A stretch of 64,000 nucleotides of DNA from Callorhinchus milii (Eukaryota). The notes beneath the pieces are model-generated. The model made no database searches. It had not been told where the DNA came from and worked only from the letters and a program-made list of their open reading frames with translations. Shown in pieces: positions 1 to 13,078 of this stretch. How positions within the stretch are numbered: the stretch's first letter is position 1; every line of letters begins with the position of its first letter. The translations under genes were made by a program, and so were the position numbers. The DNA lies in NCBI RefSeq assembly GCF_018977255.1, contig NW_024704768.1, forward strand, positions 5,022,001 through 5,086,000, read 5' to 3'.

Positions 1-1089
1 TGACTGTGTGCTTTGTGAGTGAACACAGACTCCCACAGACTCCGGTGAAACTGCTTTTATCTGGGGATTGTTGGCCAGGACCCAGGGAGGGGGAGAGAAA
101 AACTCCTCTTTTCCAATGGTGCTGTGGGATCTTTAGCATCCATAGGAACAGGAGGAGATCATTCAGCCCTTTGAGCCTGTTCAGTCATGTAATTAGATCT
201 TGGCTGATCTGTACCTCAACTAATCCTTTTAATTCCAATTTCCCGCTTTCTCCCTGAATCCCCAAACTACCAACAATCTACTAACCTCATCCTTGAAGGT
301 GTGGATGAATCCAGGATCTGCAGCCTTTCGGGAGAGAGAATTCAAGGTTTCTCCCCATCTTTGAGCAAAAATGCTTCCTAATTTCACTCTTAAATGGCCT
401 CAGGGAGAGGGGACAGGTGTGTGGGGGGAGGGACCAGGCGGAGCAGGTGGGGCTGGTGCAGGGGGAGGAGCTGAGTGAGGGAGGAGGAGACAGGCTGGTG
501 TTGAGGGGGGGGGGGGGGTGATGCCACTGATCAATCACCTGGTTTATTGCACCTCAAAGTGCGAGGCAGAATCTGTGGCAAAGTCCAGCCTCGTTCACTG
601 CCAATGTGGGCGGTAATTAACCCTTTGTGGATCTCCATCCCTCTCCCAAACAGCTGTGGATTATGGTGGATCCATTCACGATTGGAAGCCTGAGGTGCAC
701 AGATGTTTCTCAGGTCAGAGGACCACGAGGACATGAGACAAAGGCGGGTAATGGGAGTTCAGTCACCATCTACTAGAATGGTGGATCAGGCTCGAGGGGC
801 TGAATGGCCTACCTGTGTTCCTATGGAGTCGGATTCCTGGCTGACTGTGACTGTGAGAGGGACCGACACGAGGAAACCATGGAATTCTGTCCCTTTAAAT
901 TCCCAAACACACGGCTCCCAGCATCCCTGTGTCGAGACCTTTTGAAACCTGCGGATAAAAATTGTTTTAAATTCCCCGAAATACTGCACCCCTCTCCTCC
1001 CACTTCCCCTCTCCTTGCCCTCCTCTTCTCCTCTCTCCCTCCCGTCTCCCAGACCTGGCAATGAGTCAGGAAGGAAAGAGTTAAGCAGC

Positions 1090-1269
1090 GAGCGAGAGCA
1101 ATGAACCATATCTTCACAGGAAAGTCATATCTGTGGACCTGTGGACAGCTGAGGGGACTGTGTGCAGAGGCTCTCAGTCACTGAGTCTGTGTGGACAGGT
1201 CAGGTTCTGCGCAGACAGACCCTCGCTCCAGCCACCCGTCCCCCACACCCCCCCCAGACCACCACGTCC
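1090..1269 (+). other. Probable non-coding first exon of SOAT2
   Basis: Strong donor CC|GTGAGT at 1269/1270, upstream of the acceptor TTTTCAG at 2160 that precedes the ATG exon. The 5' boundary is a guess. Confidence 0.4.
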
Positions 1270-1302
1270 GTGAGTACTGTAGTTTCTCAAACAATAATAT
1301 AT

Positions 1303-1650
1303 TAATCCTTACATTTGATACAGCGCCTTATCATGACACGTCTCCAAGTGCCTCACAACATAAAGTGTAGTGACAGTATATTTTGTGGGCGAAACGTGGC
1401 AACTGATTGTGCACAGCAGTGTCTCCCGCAAACAGTTATGGATTGAGTGACCAAATTATTATTATTTTTCATTTTATTTACTTTTTAAGGGATTATTATC
1501 CCCGGAAAAGCAATCCGCCAATCAATTGACAACCAGGTTCCTCCTTACTGCTGGGTAAACAGAGGCGTGTGGAGTAAGGAAACTTGCCTAAGGTTTCTTT
1601 CAGCCCGGGAATCAAACCCAGGTCCTCTCGCTTGTGGGGCGAGTGCTCTA
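1303..1650 (-). mobile_element. tRNA-derived SINE (Deu-domain type), near full length
   Basis: Same family as the copy at 44590-44950: reverse tRNA head GGAATCAAACCCAGGTCCTCTCGCTTG, core GGCAACTGATTGTGCACAGCAG, tail CATTTGATACAGCGCCTT. Confidence 0.8.
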
Positions 1651-2169
1651 AGCTGGTGTGGGCATCACCACAGAGTCTCTTCGGAACTTTTCCATCAAAC
1701 TCAGAACAGATGAGTGGGTCGCTCAACAGTCTGTCAATAGTTTGTCAATAGTTTATTGCTCAGTTTAAGGCATATACTGGTGTGTCAGACACACACGGAC
1801 ATTCGTCCCCGTGATCAGCTGATGGGAAAACCCATCACTGTTATCAGTCGGGTGTATCCTGTAAAGCACTTTGCAAAGCCCTGCTGACGTGACATGCACT
1901 AAACATAAGGATTATCATTATTAATGTTACACAAACTGAACTCTCAGGTGTGGGTCAATGTCATAATAAAGGCCGTTTATTGGAGACCTTTATTCTCTGC
2001 CTCAACCTCGATAGTAATGTGCGGAGTCAGCGCAGTGTCTCCCAGGGGTGAAGTCTGCGATCGCCCACACTACACATAGCATACACTACACATAGCACAC
2101 ACTACACACAGGACCGGGTGTAAATAGCTGTGGATTATATCCCATTGACTGACTTTTCAGAGCTGCCAA

Positions 2170-5100
2170 ATGGAGTCAAAGCGGAGGCAGAGGAGGAGGA
2201 GGGAGGCTGATGTGAGAGAGAGAAACTCGCTGAGCGGAGAGGCTGAGGATTCGGGGCAGAGAGAGAAGCAGAGAGAAGACAACGGTAAGAACAACAACAA
2301 ATTACACTCGCACAGCGCCTTTCACGTCAGGAGGACGTCCCGAGGCTACACGGGGGACCGAGACTGTGAGGAGAATGACCGGCCAAGTTGGGGTTTGCCT
2401 AGAGAGGTCAGCCAAAGCCACTCACTCACTCTCTCTCTCACCACTGGTCAGACTGTGTATGATATACAGCATGACATTGGATTGATTACCAGTTACTAGA
2501 TTGTAACAATCAACTAACAACCGGGTTCCTACTTATTATTAGGTAAAGAGAGGCGCGTGTGTGTGTATCTAACGTTTCGCCCTGAAACCAAAACCAACCA
2601 AAAACCACGGCTGCGTCAACAAGCTCAGCCGCAAACGTTTACCTTCTTCCTGCTTCTCTTCCAGGCTCCGTGGACAAGATCAGTCACCTGGCCAACTGGC
2701 AGAGGCACAAGGAGGTGGGAAGAGTCTGATTACCTCTCGTTTCTCATCATAACAACAATAATAATAATCTGTCTATTTGACACAGCGCCTTCTCACAACA
2801 GCAAGTAGGACGTCTCAAAGCGCTTCAAGGAAGTACTATAAAGTGCAGTGACTGTGTATTTTGTGGGTGACCACAGTACACAGCACAGCAACGTCCCACA
2901 AACAGCCATGAAGCGAATGAGCAGTTTTATCAGGGGGATCGAGCCCCATCCTCCCCTCACGCCCGCCTTTTCTCTCTTTATCTTCAAATCCCACCTGGAG
3001 ACCTACCTCTTCAACCACAATCTATCGTCACCTCCCCCTTCCCCCCTCCCCCCCTCCTCTCCTCTCCCGCTCTCCCTCGCCCCCAAGGGCTGACCCTGAC
3101 ATCGGGAGCACTCTGAGGCGCTGTCCTATGTGACAGGCGCTGTGTAAATGCACGTTAATCAATGGAAAGGATTATTGTGAGATCAGATCTGCTGCTCGGG
3201 ATGGGAGTGGGTGTGTGGGGGGGGGGGGGGGGGGCTGCTGTCGGTTTGATGGTTGTCGGCCTCGGTCACTCACACCCCCCCCCATCCCCTCTTACCCCCC
3301 CACCCAGGATGTGAAGGTTAAATTCCTGGAGCAGCTGCGAGGGCAGGTGAGCGAACTGCTGGACAGAGCGCTGGAGGAATCCGTCCAGTCCTTCTCTCAG
3401 CGCAGCCCAGGGACCAAATCCCCCAAGACAGGCCAGCGAGACAGGTAAACCCTTCCTCACGTCACCACACAAACTGCAGTCTGGTCACCCAGAGCGACCT
3501 GAAACCATGTACATCTCTCTCTGTCTCACATCCTCTCTCCCTCTCACACATTCTCTGCGTCTCAGTCTGTCTGTATCTCAGTCTCAGTTGTAAATGGCTG
3601 TGTTTGTCACAAGGCTGGAGAGATTAGGAGTCGAGAAAGAAAAGATCTTCATGAACAGATGCTCAATTCTGGAGTGAGTATCTTCCCAATGCTCTGTGTG
3701 CGCTCACGTTTAGTGTGAGCAGCTCAGGTCTGGCTGTGGGTGGGATCTGGATCAGGGTGTGGTCTGGCTGTGGGAGGGGTGTGGTCTGGCTGTGGGGAAG
3801 GGGTGTGGTCTGGCTGTGGGGAAGGGGTGTGGTCTGGCTGTGGGGAAGGGGTGTGACCTGACTGCGGGTGTGGTCTGGCTGTGGGGAAGGGGTGTGGCTG
3901 ACTGACACCCCCCCCCCCTTGTGTTACAGTGAACTGTTTGAGATCCGTCACATTAAGACCATTTACCACATGTTCATCGCTGCCCTCGTGGTCTTCATCA
4001 TCAGCACTGTGGCCGTGGAGTTCATTGACCAGGGAAGGTGGGGGCAATCTCAGGGGGTAATCGCCGTGTTCGTCGCACTCGTGATCACACAGCGAAGCGG
4101 CCAAGCGAGATCCAGCGACCGGCCCAATATTTACGTGGGGGGCGGGTGGGGGGTGGGGGGGGAAGGAAGCAAGACAGAGGGGAAAGGGGAAAACGGGATG
4201 GGGAGAAGTGGGGAAGGGGGAGAGGGATGTGGGGAGTGACTGTAGGCGCAGTTGAAGAAGTAGGATAAGATTTAAAGTCTGATGGGGGGCTCTGGCGGTC
4301 GGGGACGACTCAGCCAATGTATGTATATCAATATATAAACATCCACAGTATATCACACACGTGTACATCACTCACACAATATATACCACAACTTGGATTT
4401 ATATAGCGCCCTTCACGCCGGACGGCATCTCAGAGCACTTAAATATTACACAGTATATCGCACACACAGTATATCACACAGTATATCACACACAGAGTAC
4501 ATCACACCGTATATCACACACACAGTATATCACACAATATACCACACACACACAGTATATCACACACAGTATATCACACACACAGTATGTCACCCACAGT
4601 ATAAGGCTGTGTTCTGTCTGTTCCAGGCTGCTGCTAGACTTTGACCTGCTGTTCTATGTCTTTGGGAAGCTGCCCACGGCGATGCTGGCCTGGCTGGGGA
4701 TGTTCCTCTACACACTGTTTGTGCCGTTTAAAGTCCTGAGCTGGTGGGGAGGCAGGTACCACAGCTCCCGGCTGCCGCGGCTCCACACACTGGCCTCGGG
4801 GGCGCTTCTGGCGACCACACACCTCTGTGTCCTCGGCCTCCTGCCCATAAACGTAGTCATTCACTACCAGCTGCCACCGGCGTCAAGGTTCATCGTCATC
4901 TTAGAGCAGGTACGTCCCCCTCCCCTGTACTTCAGCCCCCCACCACCGCTCCCCTTCCTCGGGAATTATCATGGGGGGGAGGGGAGAGCGGAAAGGGAGT
5001 GGGGGGCCTGGGGGAAGTTCTAGGAGTGTGAGGCCCAAGGGTCAGTCGCTCCTGGGCTTCTCTCCCAGACGCAAGACTCAGCCTCACCACTGTCCACCCA

Positions 5101-8100
5101 CAGCTTCTGGCCGATCGGTTTCTCTAAATTCTGTCTCATTCACACACAGGTTGTGAGATGAAAGGCGCTGTATGTGGGGGGGGGGGGGGGTGGGATTATT
5201 GTGTAATTACTTATTATTTATTTTCTTTCCCAGATTCGTTTTCTGATGAAGTGTCACTCCTTCATCCGGGAAAATGTTCCCAAAGTCCTGAACGCCAAAC
5301 TGAGGGACGGTGAGAAACAGCAACAACAACTTGCACTTGTACAGCGCTCTCCACACAGGGAGGCGTCTCAGAACGCTTAAAACCCTGCTTTAATCAAACA
5401 CCATCTACTCTGCTCTTTACTATCAGGCGCGCGGGTTGGGTGTGTGTGTGTGGGGGGGGGGGGGGGGGGACAGCGAGTGGGCTGACAAAGTTGCTCTGTG
5501 TCTGTAACCATCGAGGTCTGAAAGCATCATTGTCCACACCTTAAGAGCATTGGGTCAATATCAGTCTCGCTGGGCAGGGATGGGAAGGGCTGGGCTGGGC
5601 AAGGCAGGGAAGCGCTGGGCTGAGTAGGGCTGGGCAGGACAGGGCAGGGCTGGGCTGGGCAGGGCTGGGCAGGGCTGGGCAGGGCAGGGCAGGGCAGGGC
5701 TGGGCAGGACAGGGNNNNNNNNNNNNNNNNNNNNNNNNNNNNNNNNNNNNNNNNNNNNNNNNNNNNNNNNNNNNNNNNNNNNNNNNNNNNNNNNNNNNNN
5801 NNNNNNNNNNNNNNNNNNNNNNNNNNNNNNNNNNNNNNNNNNNNNNNNNNNNNNNNNNNNNNNNNNNNNNNNNNNNNNNNNNNNNNNNNNNNNNNNNNNN
5901 NNNNNNNNNNNNNNNNNNNNNNNNNNNNNNNNNNNNNNNNNNNNNNNNNNNNNNNNNNNNNNNNNNNNNNNNNNNNNNNNNNNNNNNNNNNNNNNNNNNN
6001 NNNNNATGGGTTGTCGGAGCTGCTGACCTTTGAACAGAACATTAAACAGAAGTCCGGTCGGTGTCTGTTCAGGTGGATGTTAGGAATGCCGTGGAAAGGG
6101 AGTCTCTCCTGGTGTCCTGGCCAACAATTGCCCCTAGAATTGGACACTCTGCACATGGCTGTTGCTCTATACACTTCGTCTGGTTAGTTTGCCTACAACA
6201 CGCACAGTGGTTTGGATGAAGAAGACCCTTTGGCCCATCTGATCTCATCACCTCCAGATCTCCCGCCCGCCCCCGTCCCCATCACAGCAACGAGTCCCAG
6301 TGTCCCTGGCCTCGAACCCCACACCCCCTCCCTTCCTAGAAACACTTCCTGGTCTCTGTCCTGAAATTTCTCTTTACACTAACCTCTGACCCCGTGTCCT
6401 CTTGTTTCTCTCAGGTGAGGAGCTGAAGTTGCCGGAGTTTTCGAGCTATTTATATTTTTTATTCTGCCCCACCCTCATCTACCGCGATTCTTACCCCAGG
6501 TAGGTCTCAGGCTTTATCTACTGCTAATGGAGTGTGGAGCCCACAGTGTCCCTTTACTGTCTGATGTCATCTCCTGTGTACTGTGTATACACATAATTTT
6601 CTTCTATGTACTGTGGAAACACAGGAAATGCTGCGTACACACACACACACACACACTAAAACAGCGACACACACACACATCACACACACTAACACAGTGA
6701 CACACACATGTACATACACACACTGACACAGTGACACACACACATGTACACACACTGACATGCACAGACACACTGGTAGAGATACCGACGTACACAATGT
6801 ATAACTCGCAATGTGTCTTATTGCAGAAACTCAAAGATCAGATGGAAATACGTATTACTGAACTTTTCTCAGGTCAGTTCCATTAAAACTCCTTTTGACT
6901 GATTTGAATCGCAGCCCCGATCCCCGTCTCTAACCCCGAGAGCGGAAAACAACAACAACAACAACAAAATTACATTTAGAGAGCGCCTTTCAAGCACTGA
7001 GTGACTGTGTCTGCGGATTCCAGTCTTCCTTTACCGTGATGTGACGGCTACTGACCGGGCAGTCGTTGTCACTGTGTGCGTACGTTAGTGACTGTGCTGA
7101 GCTGCTCTGACCCCGGCCCCTCCATCTCTCTCTCTCTCTCCTCCCCCCCCCCCCCCCCCCACACAGGTACTGGGTTGCCTTCTCTATGGCTATTTTATCC
7201 TGGTCAGACTCTGTATCCCCGTCTTCACCAACATGAGCAAAGAGCCGTTCAGTATCAGGGTGCTCATCCTCTCCATATTCCACGCCACCCTGCCAGGTAC
7301 CCACACATCCCTGGGACGCTCGCTCTCTCTCTCTCTGCGTCTCACTCACTCTCCCTCTCTCTCTGTGTCTTTACTCTCTCTCACTCTGTCTATCTGTCTG
7401 TCTCACTCTCTCTCGCACTCACTCACCCTCGCTCTCTCGCTCTCGCAGGTATGTTTCTGCTGTTCTTGGCATTTTTCTCGTTCCTCCATTGTTGGCTGAA
7501 CGCCTTTGCTGAGATGTTGCGGTTTGGAGACAGAATGTTTTATAAGGTACTTCTTCACCCCCCCACCCCCCCACCCCATGTCGCTCTCTCACCATCCTCC
7601 CACCTCCCCAAACGCCAAACATAAAACATAAGAACATAAGAATTCACTGGACAAAAGGAAACCAAGGTCCATCTAGTTCGCCTCCCGCCGGCCTGGCGGA
7701 GGGGTGACATGTCGCGCCCCAAACTATTCAGTTTCCCCGATATTATTTTTGAGCTGAAATTGATCTGGTTTGTTCTTGAAACTGGGGGTGGGGCTGTGCC
7801 AGGGGTGGGGCTGTGCTGAGGGCGGGGCTGTGCCAGGGGCGGAGCTGTGCTGGGGGCGGGGCTGTGCCAGGGGGTGGGGCTGTGCCAGGGGTGGGGCTGT
7901 GCCGGGGGGTGGGGCTGTGCCAGGGGTGGGGCTGTGCCGGGGGGTGGGGCTGTGCCGGGGGGTGGGGCTGTGCCAGGGGCGGGGCTGTGCCAGGGGCGGG
8001 GCTGTGCCAGGGGCGGGGCTGTGCCGGTTAGAGAGCTGATTGGTCACTGTCCCTCAGGATTGGTGGAATTCCACATCGTTTGCCAATTACTACAGAACAT

Positions 8101-9296
8101 GGAATGTTGTCGTTCACGATTGGCTCTACAGCTACACCTACAGCGACTTCCTGTGGGTGAGGACCGCCACTGGGGGCGCCCTGCCCTCCCCCTGCCCAGC
8201 CCTGAGCTCCGCCCTGCTCTACCCCACTCTGCCCTGCCCAGCCCTGTACTGCCCTGCGCTGCCCAGCCTTGCCCTGCCCAGCCTTGCCCTGCCCAGCCCT
8301 GCACTGCCCAGCCTTGCCCTGCGCTGCCCTGCCCAGCCTTGCCCTGCGCTGCCCAGCCCTGCCCTGCGCTGCCCTGCCCAGCCCTGCCCTGCGCTGCCCA
8401 GCCCTGCCCTGCCCAGCCCTGCCCTGCGCTGCCTGCTGCTCCCCTCTCACTCACTGTCTGTTTTGTAGCTGACTGGGAAGCGATGCCGTGTGGTGGCAAT
8501 GCTCTCGGTATTCGGTCTGTCCGCTGTGGTCCATGAATACGTGCTGACGCTGTGTCTCGGCTACTTCTACCCCGTCATGTTCTGCCTCTTCGCCATCTTC
8601 GGGGGTAAGTGTCCATCCTGAGGGCGAGGGAAGGGTCGTCAGCGTCACTTCAATGACGGGTGGGGTGAGGGATATAATAATATTAATAATAATCCTTACC
8701 TTTGATACAGTGCCGTTCAGGTCAGGAGGACATCTCAAAGTTTTACAGGGATTTACTGTAAAACTTTACTAAAGTGTAGTGTATTTTGCAGGGGGATTTG
8801 TGTCATCTTTATACAGACAGGTTTGTGCATGTCTTAATCTATTTATAATACATTACTCTATTAATATTAATCTCATTGCTTTCCAGTTCTTTTCAATTTT
8901 ATTTTCAACGACAACAGAAAGAGTCCAGCCTGGAACGTGCTGATGTGGGTTTTCCTGTTTATTGGACAAGGCATCCAGGTGTGTCTGTATTGCCAGGAAT
9001 GGTACGCTCAGATCCACTGCCCTGTCACACAGGTATGTGCCTGGTTACCTCTCCAGCAACTCAGACGCACCACACATACATACACACACATACATAGACA
9101 CACACAAACACACATATTACCTACGCACTTACCTACACTCACACACCTACACACGTGTGTGTAGATACATACATGTCACACACGCACACACAGTCGGGCC
9201 TGCTCTCCTGATTGTGTTTATCTGGTCTCTCGTTACTAGAGGACGTTCTGGGAGCTGGTGACTCCCCGCTCCTGGACTTGCCGGCCGAAAGCTTAA
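2170..9296 (+). CDS. SOAT2: Sterol O-acyltransferase 2 (ACAT2, MBOAT family), 15 coding exons, 541 aa
   Basis: Exons 2170-2284, 2665-2714, 3308-3444, 3614-3673, 3930-4037, 4627-4909, 5234-5309, 6415-6499, 6827-6872, 7167-7296, 7449-7546, 8058-8156, 8469-8604, 8887-9032, 9240-9296; all GT-AG, phases compatible, 1626 nt in total. Motifs: [56 protein letters not shown], catalytic His in [15 protein letters not shown]-terminal [12 protein letters not shown]. The N-terminal [14 protein letters not shown] and the neighbouring CSAD favour SOAT2 over SOAT1. Confidence 0.95.
3749..3900. repeat. 24-bp minisatellite (GGGTGTGGTCTGGCTGTGGGGAAG)n in a SOAT2 intron
   Basis: About 6 tandem copies visible. 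Confidence 0.9.
4449..4602. repeat. (CACACAGTATAT)n-type minisatellite
   Basis: Repeated CACACAGTATATCACA units. Confidence 0.85.
5570..5714 (+). repeat. GGGCT/GGGCA pentamer array running into the assembly gap
   Basis: Tandem GGGCT and GGGCA units up to the N run. Confidence 0.9.
5715..6005. other. Assembly gap (N run) inside a SOAT2 intron
   Basis: Run of N. The flanking exons join in phase, so no coding exon appears to be missing. Confidence 0.99.
7783..8026 (+). repeat. 19-20-bp G-rich minisatellite (GGGGCTGTGCCAGGGGT/C)n with G-quadruplex potential
   Basis: About 12 tandem units with G4-G6 runs, directly upstream of exon 8058. Confidence 0.9.
8178..8435 (-). repeat. GCCCT/GCCCA pentamer array (reverse complement of the 5570-5714 array)
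   Basis: Tandem GCCCT, GCCCA and GCGCT units. Confidence 0.9.
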
Positions 9297-9574
9297 CTTT
9301 CCGCAGTTCAGACATCACAGTCAGTGAGAAGATCAGCCGGAGAGAGCGAGGGAGAGGGAGTATGTCCACGATGTCTCCACGTGGCTACTCACTGCTCTGT
9401 GTCCGAGGAGATTCCTGGAACCGGCTATGAAGCCGGCAACAAGCAGAGAAATGTCTTGTTCCTCCATCAGGAACCTAAAGCAATTGTTAATAAGGCTGAA
9501 TTCACCCAAAGAAAAACATTAAACCTGGTCCCTGATCTCCGAGCTGTGTGTGGGTTTGTTCCTGGCACAGATTT

Positions 9575-9990
9575 GCTGCCTTGTTTGGCTCCATCAGTCT
9601 CTCCTCTGGGGTACGGGGAGCCAGTGGAGCCGGGCGAGGGTTGGGGTGATGGGGTCACGGAGCCTGGTGTGGGAGAGGACACGAGCTGCGGAGTTCTGGA
9701 TGGTCTACAGCTTGTGGAGGGAAGAGTTGAGACGTCCGGTGCGTAGAGGTGATGCAGTCGAGTGCTGGAAGCCTGGCTGAGGGTCTCAGTGGCCTGTGGG
9801 GAGAGGTGGCGGCGGAGATAGGCAAAGCTGAACAACGAATAAAGATGTCAGGTTTAAAGGACAGTTGAGGGTTGAACAAGACACTGAGGTTCCATACTGG
9901 CAGGGTGAGGTGGAGAGTGCAGATGCTGTCAGCGTCTGAGGTGAGGTGAGGAGCTGCTGACGGGAGCCAAGCCAAGCCGGAGGGTCTCGG
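9575..9990 (-). mobile_element. Degenerate L2/CR1-clade LINE fragment
   Basis: Minus-strand remnants resemble L2 ORF2 3' sequence (LQLVQNSAAR-like CTGTAGACCATCCAGAACTCCGCAGCTCGTGTCCT; subsequent HITP-like segment); frameshifted. Confidence 0.65.
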
Positions 9991-11399
9991 TCTTTTATAC
10001 ATTTATGAATTAATCCAATTGTGAAAAGAATGTTGCAGACCCACCCCTTGGAAAAACAGATATTTAATGTAGCTTCAAAACAGAATGGGTTAAAGCACAT
10101 AATTAACATTACTAGAGGTAGGATAATACATCAGCAAAACAAAATACATGCAGATTACGCAGATCAGTAACAATTCTAACAAACAATTCTAACAACCCAC
10201 TACCCGCTGCCTCCGCTCGAGTGGCTCCAGCCTCCTGCGTGTCCCTCCTGCCCACTGTTCCACCATCGGTGGTCGCGCTTTCAACCACTCCGCCCCGAAA
10301 CTCTGGAACTCTCCCTCTATCCCCCCCGCCTCGCCCCCTCCTTCCCCATCTTCACGTCGCGACTGGAGACCTTCCTGTTCGACCAGTGCCTTACGGTCAC
10401 CTCCCCCTCCCCACCCGGCTCAGTGTCGTGCTCCGCCACTGTCAAACACTCTGGGACGCTGCCTGCTATATAAATGCAAGTTGTTGTTGAAAGCGATCAC
10501 CCTCTGGTGACCATCAATTAGTTATTTATTGAGAGGAAACTAGTCGGCACAGAATGATTCCTTGTGTTACACCTCAGACAGCATCAAGAGACACAACCTC
10601 CGGGTTCTGTGTAAAGGCTGAGCTGGATATACAGTATATAACAGACAAAGCCACATGTCTGTGGTCACAATACCCCAGGATATACCTGCCCTTGTTTCAT
10701 TCCTGTCTTGGTGCTGCTGGACACAACAGGATCTCAGAGAGAGCTACAGTGGCTCACATCCTCCCCCCTCCCCACCCCCTCGCTGGCACCTCATGGTGTT
10801 TACACCGAGGTGCAGCAAATGGCTCACACCCACAATGTCCCCTCCTTCTCCCCAACACTCAATTCCTCATCAGTCACAGGTCCCGGCTGAGTAGGTTTGC
10901 TCCAGAAAGCGGTGGGTGGCATTGGGGAGGTCAACAACAGCAACAGCACCAAGTGCACCGGCTCAGAGCTTTACCTGATAATCCCCGAGACGTCCTCAGT
11001 ACCTTTCACATCCGGAGAATGTCTCAGAGCTTCACAGGACATACTGTAAAGTGTGGCGAGTCACCGCGTGTACTTTGTGTGGAACACGGCAGCCAATTTG
11101 TGCAAAACGACGTTCCCACAAACAGCCGTGAAGTGAAAGACATCAAAATGTGTTGGATCGGATGCGTATCCAGCCATCAGACCGTACTAACTCCTACTCA
11201 AGCTTCCATTCCCAATCTGCCACAAAGCTCAGAGACTCTAGATTTCAGAAAAGGTTCACCATGATACAACGATGGGGGGGGAAAGCTGAGCTGAGTTTGG
11301 CACCACTTTAAATAGAGGGTTGGGGATCTGGGAAGATGAGATCAAATGGGCAAGTTTCATCTTCATCTGCTATACTGCAGCTCCCACTAACCACCGTAC

Positions 11400-11700
11400 G
11401 CTGGGCATTGAGCTCTCAGCAATTGGAATGTTAACACTGGAGATGATTGATGGACAATTTCCAGATCCAGACCACACCCTGGACACTGCCGACAGTTCTG
11501 GACACAATACCGGGCCCTGTGCAGAGGAGGGCAATGAGGCTGATCCCCAGTCTTAAGAGGAATGAGCTGTGAGCAACGATTAGAGAAGCTCAGGCTCTTC
11601 TGTCTTGAGAGAACCCGTCTCAGAGCAGACCTTGTGGGTTCAGTTTTAAAAGGAATCGAAAAAGTAAACCCACAACAACACTTTTGGACGCACTGAGACA
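11400..11700 (+). mobile_element. Degenerate CR1 LINE 3' fragment
   Basis: RPHLEY/QFW-like AGACCACACCCTGGACACTG..CAGTTCTGG and LGLFSLE-like AGCTCAGGCTCTTCTGTCTTGAG remnants. Confidence 0.6.
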
Positions 11701-12705
11701 ACAGAACAAGCGTTTCGCCCACAAAATATACAGTCACTACACTTTACAGTATATCGTTTAAAGCGCTTTTAAGACGTCTCTACGACGTGATAAGATGCTA
11801 TATCAAACGCAAGGATTATGATGATTTAATAATTAACAACAGGAACAGGGTTACTGGCAGGGTGGGGCAGGGTTGAGGCCAGGACACTGGGATTCATTTA
11901 AAAAGCAGCTCGATGATGATGGGAGGAAGGTGTGATGGGGGGAAAAGGTACAGTGGATGTTCTGGAGAGAGGAGATCAGATGGGCCAAGAGAAACTTCTT
12001 CATCCAAACTGATGTATAATCTTGTAAAGTCAATGGATGATTCTTCCCTCTGGTAGAGATCCAAAGTAACTGGACAATATAGTCAGACGTTCTCACCAGA
12101 GGCTTTGAAACCACACGTGTAGATCCCATTGGGATGTTTAAAGGGGAGACAGATACTTTCGGAGATGATGGGGGAAAAGGGAGTAAAATATCTGCTATGA
12201 TCCAATAAATTAGCGGCACAGGCTCGATGGGTTGAACGATCTTCTCCAGTTTCTAAAGTGTGGAGACAGGCCAGACTCCAACAACTGGTGAAGGCAATGC
12301 TGAGGTTACCAAACCCTAGGGTTTTGCTGAAAGCCTCCAGCACTCTCCAGGAGATATCACAGGCCCTTTCGCACTCACTCAGATCCCAGGCAGCACTCGT
12401 CAAGAACAACACTGGTGCGAATTTTAATTTAATCTTTAGTTTTTATTAGCTCAGCGACTGACATTTGTACTGCCTGAAAAAAAAAAACCACAATTTAGCT
12501 CAGCTTTTACCATGTTGTGGCCGGGGTGACACAGAACTTTTCCATAACTGGAGCGAGTATCAATGGCAGATCTTGTGGGGGTAACGGGTACAAGGGAGTC
12601 AAGCCTTGAGCATCAACCACCTTGATGTTGAGCTTCAGCGAGAAGCTGACTCTACAATGTCCACTACGTTGGAGAATACAATACGAGCTCCTTGTGGTAA
12701 TAATA

Positions 12706-13078
12706 ATAATCATCATAATACTTGCATTTGATACAGCACCTTATCATGTCTTCAAGACGTCTCAAAGCGCTTCATAGGATACACTGTAAAGTGAATTGAC
12801 TGCATATTTTGTGGGCGAAACGCGGCAGCCAATTGCGCACAGCAACGCCCCCCAACAAAGAGCCGTGGATTCAGTGACCAAATTATTATTACTTTTGTAA
12901 GGAAATTATTACCCCCGGAAAAGTGATTCGTCAATCGACTAACTATCGGGTTCCCACTTACTGCCGGGTACTCAGAGGCGTGTGGAGTAAGGAAACTTGC
13001 CCAACATTTCGCCCCCCGCCCTGGAATCTAACCCAGGTCTCTCGCTTGCGAGGCCAGTGTTCTAACCACTGAGCTACA
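12706..13078 (-). mobile_element. tRNA-derived SINE, full length
   Basis: (AAT)n tail, GCGGCAGCCAATTGCGCACAGCA core, reverse head TTCTAACCACTGAGCTACA. Confidence 0.88.

Noticed and set aside
7724-8536. Overlapping Gly/Cys/Pro-rich ORFs, and a resemblance of GGGCT pentamers to immunoglobulin switch regions
   Set aside because: Translations of intronic repeats. There are no immunoglobulin segments, AGCT motifs are scarce, and the arrays are short.
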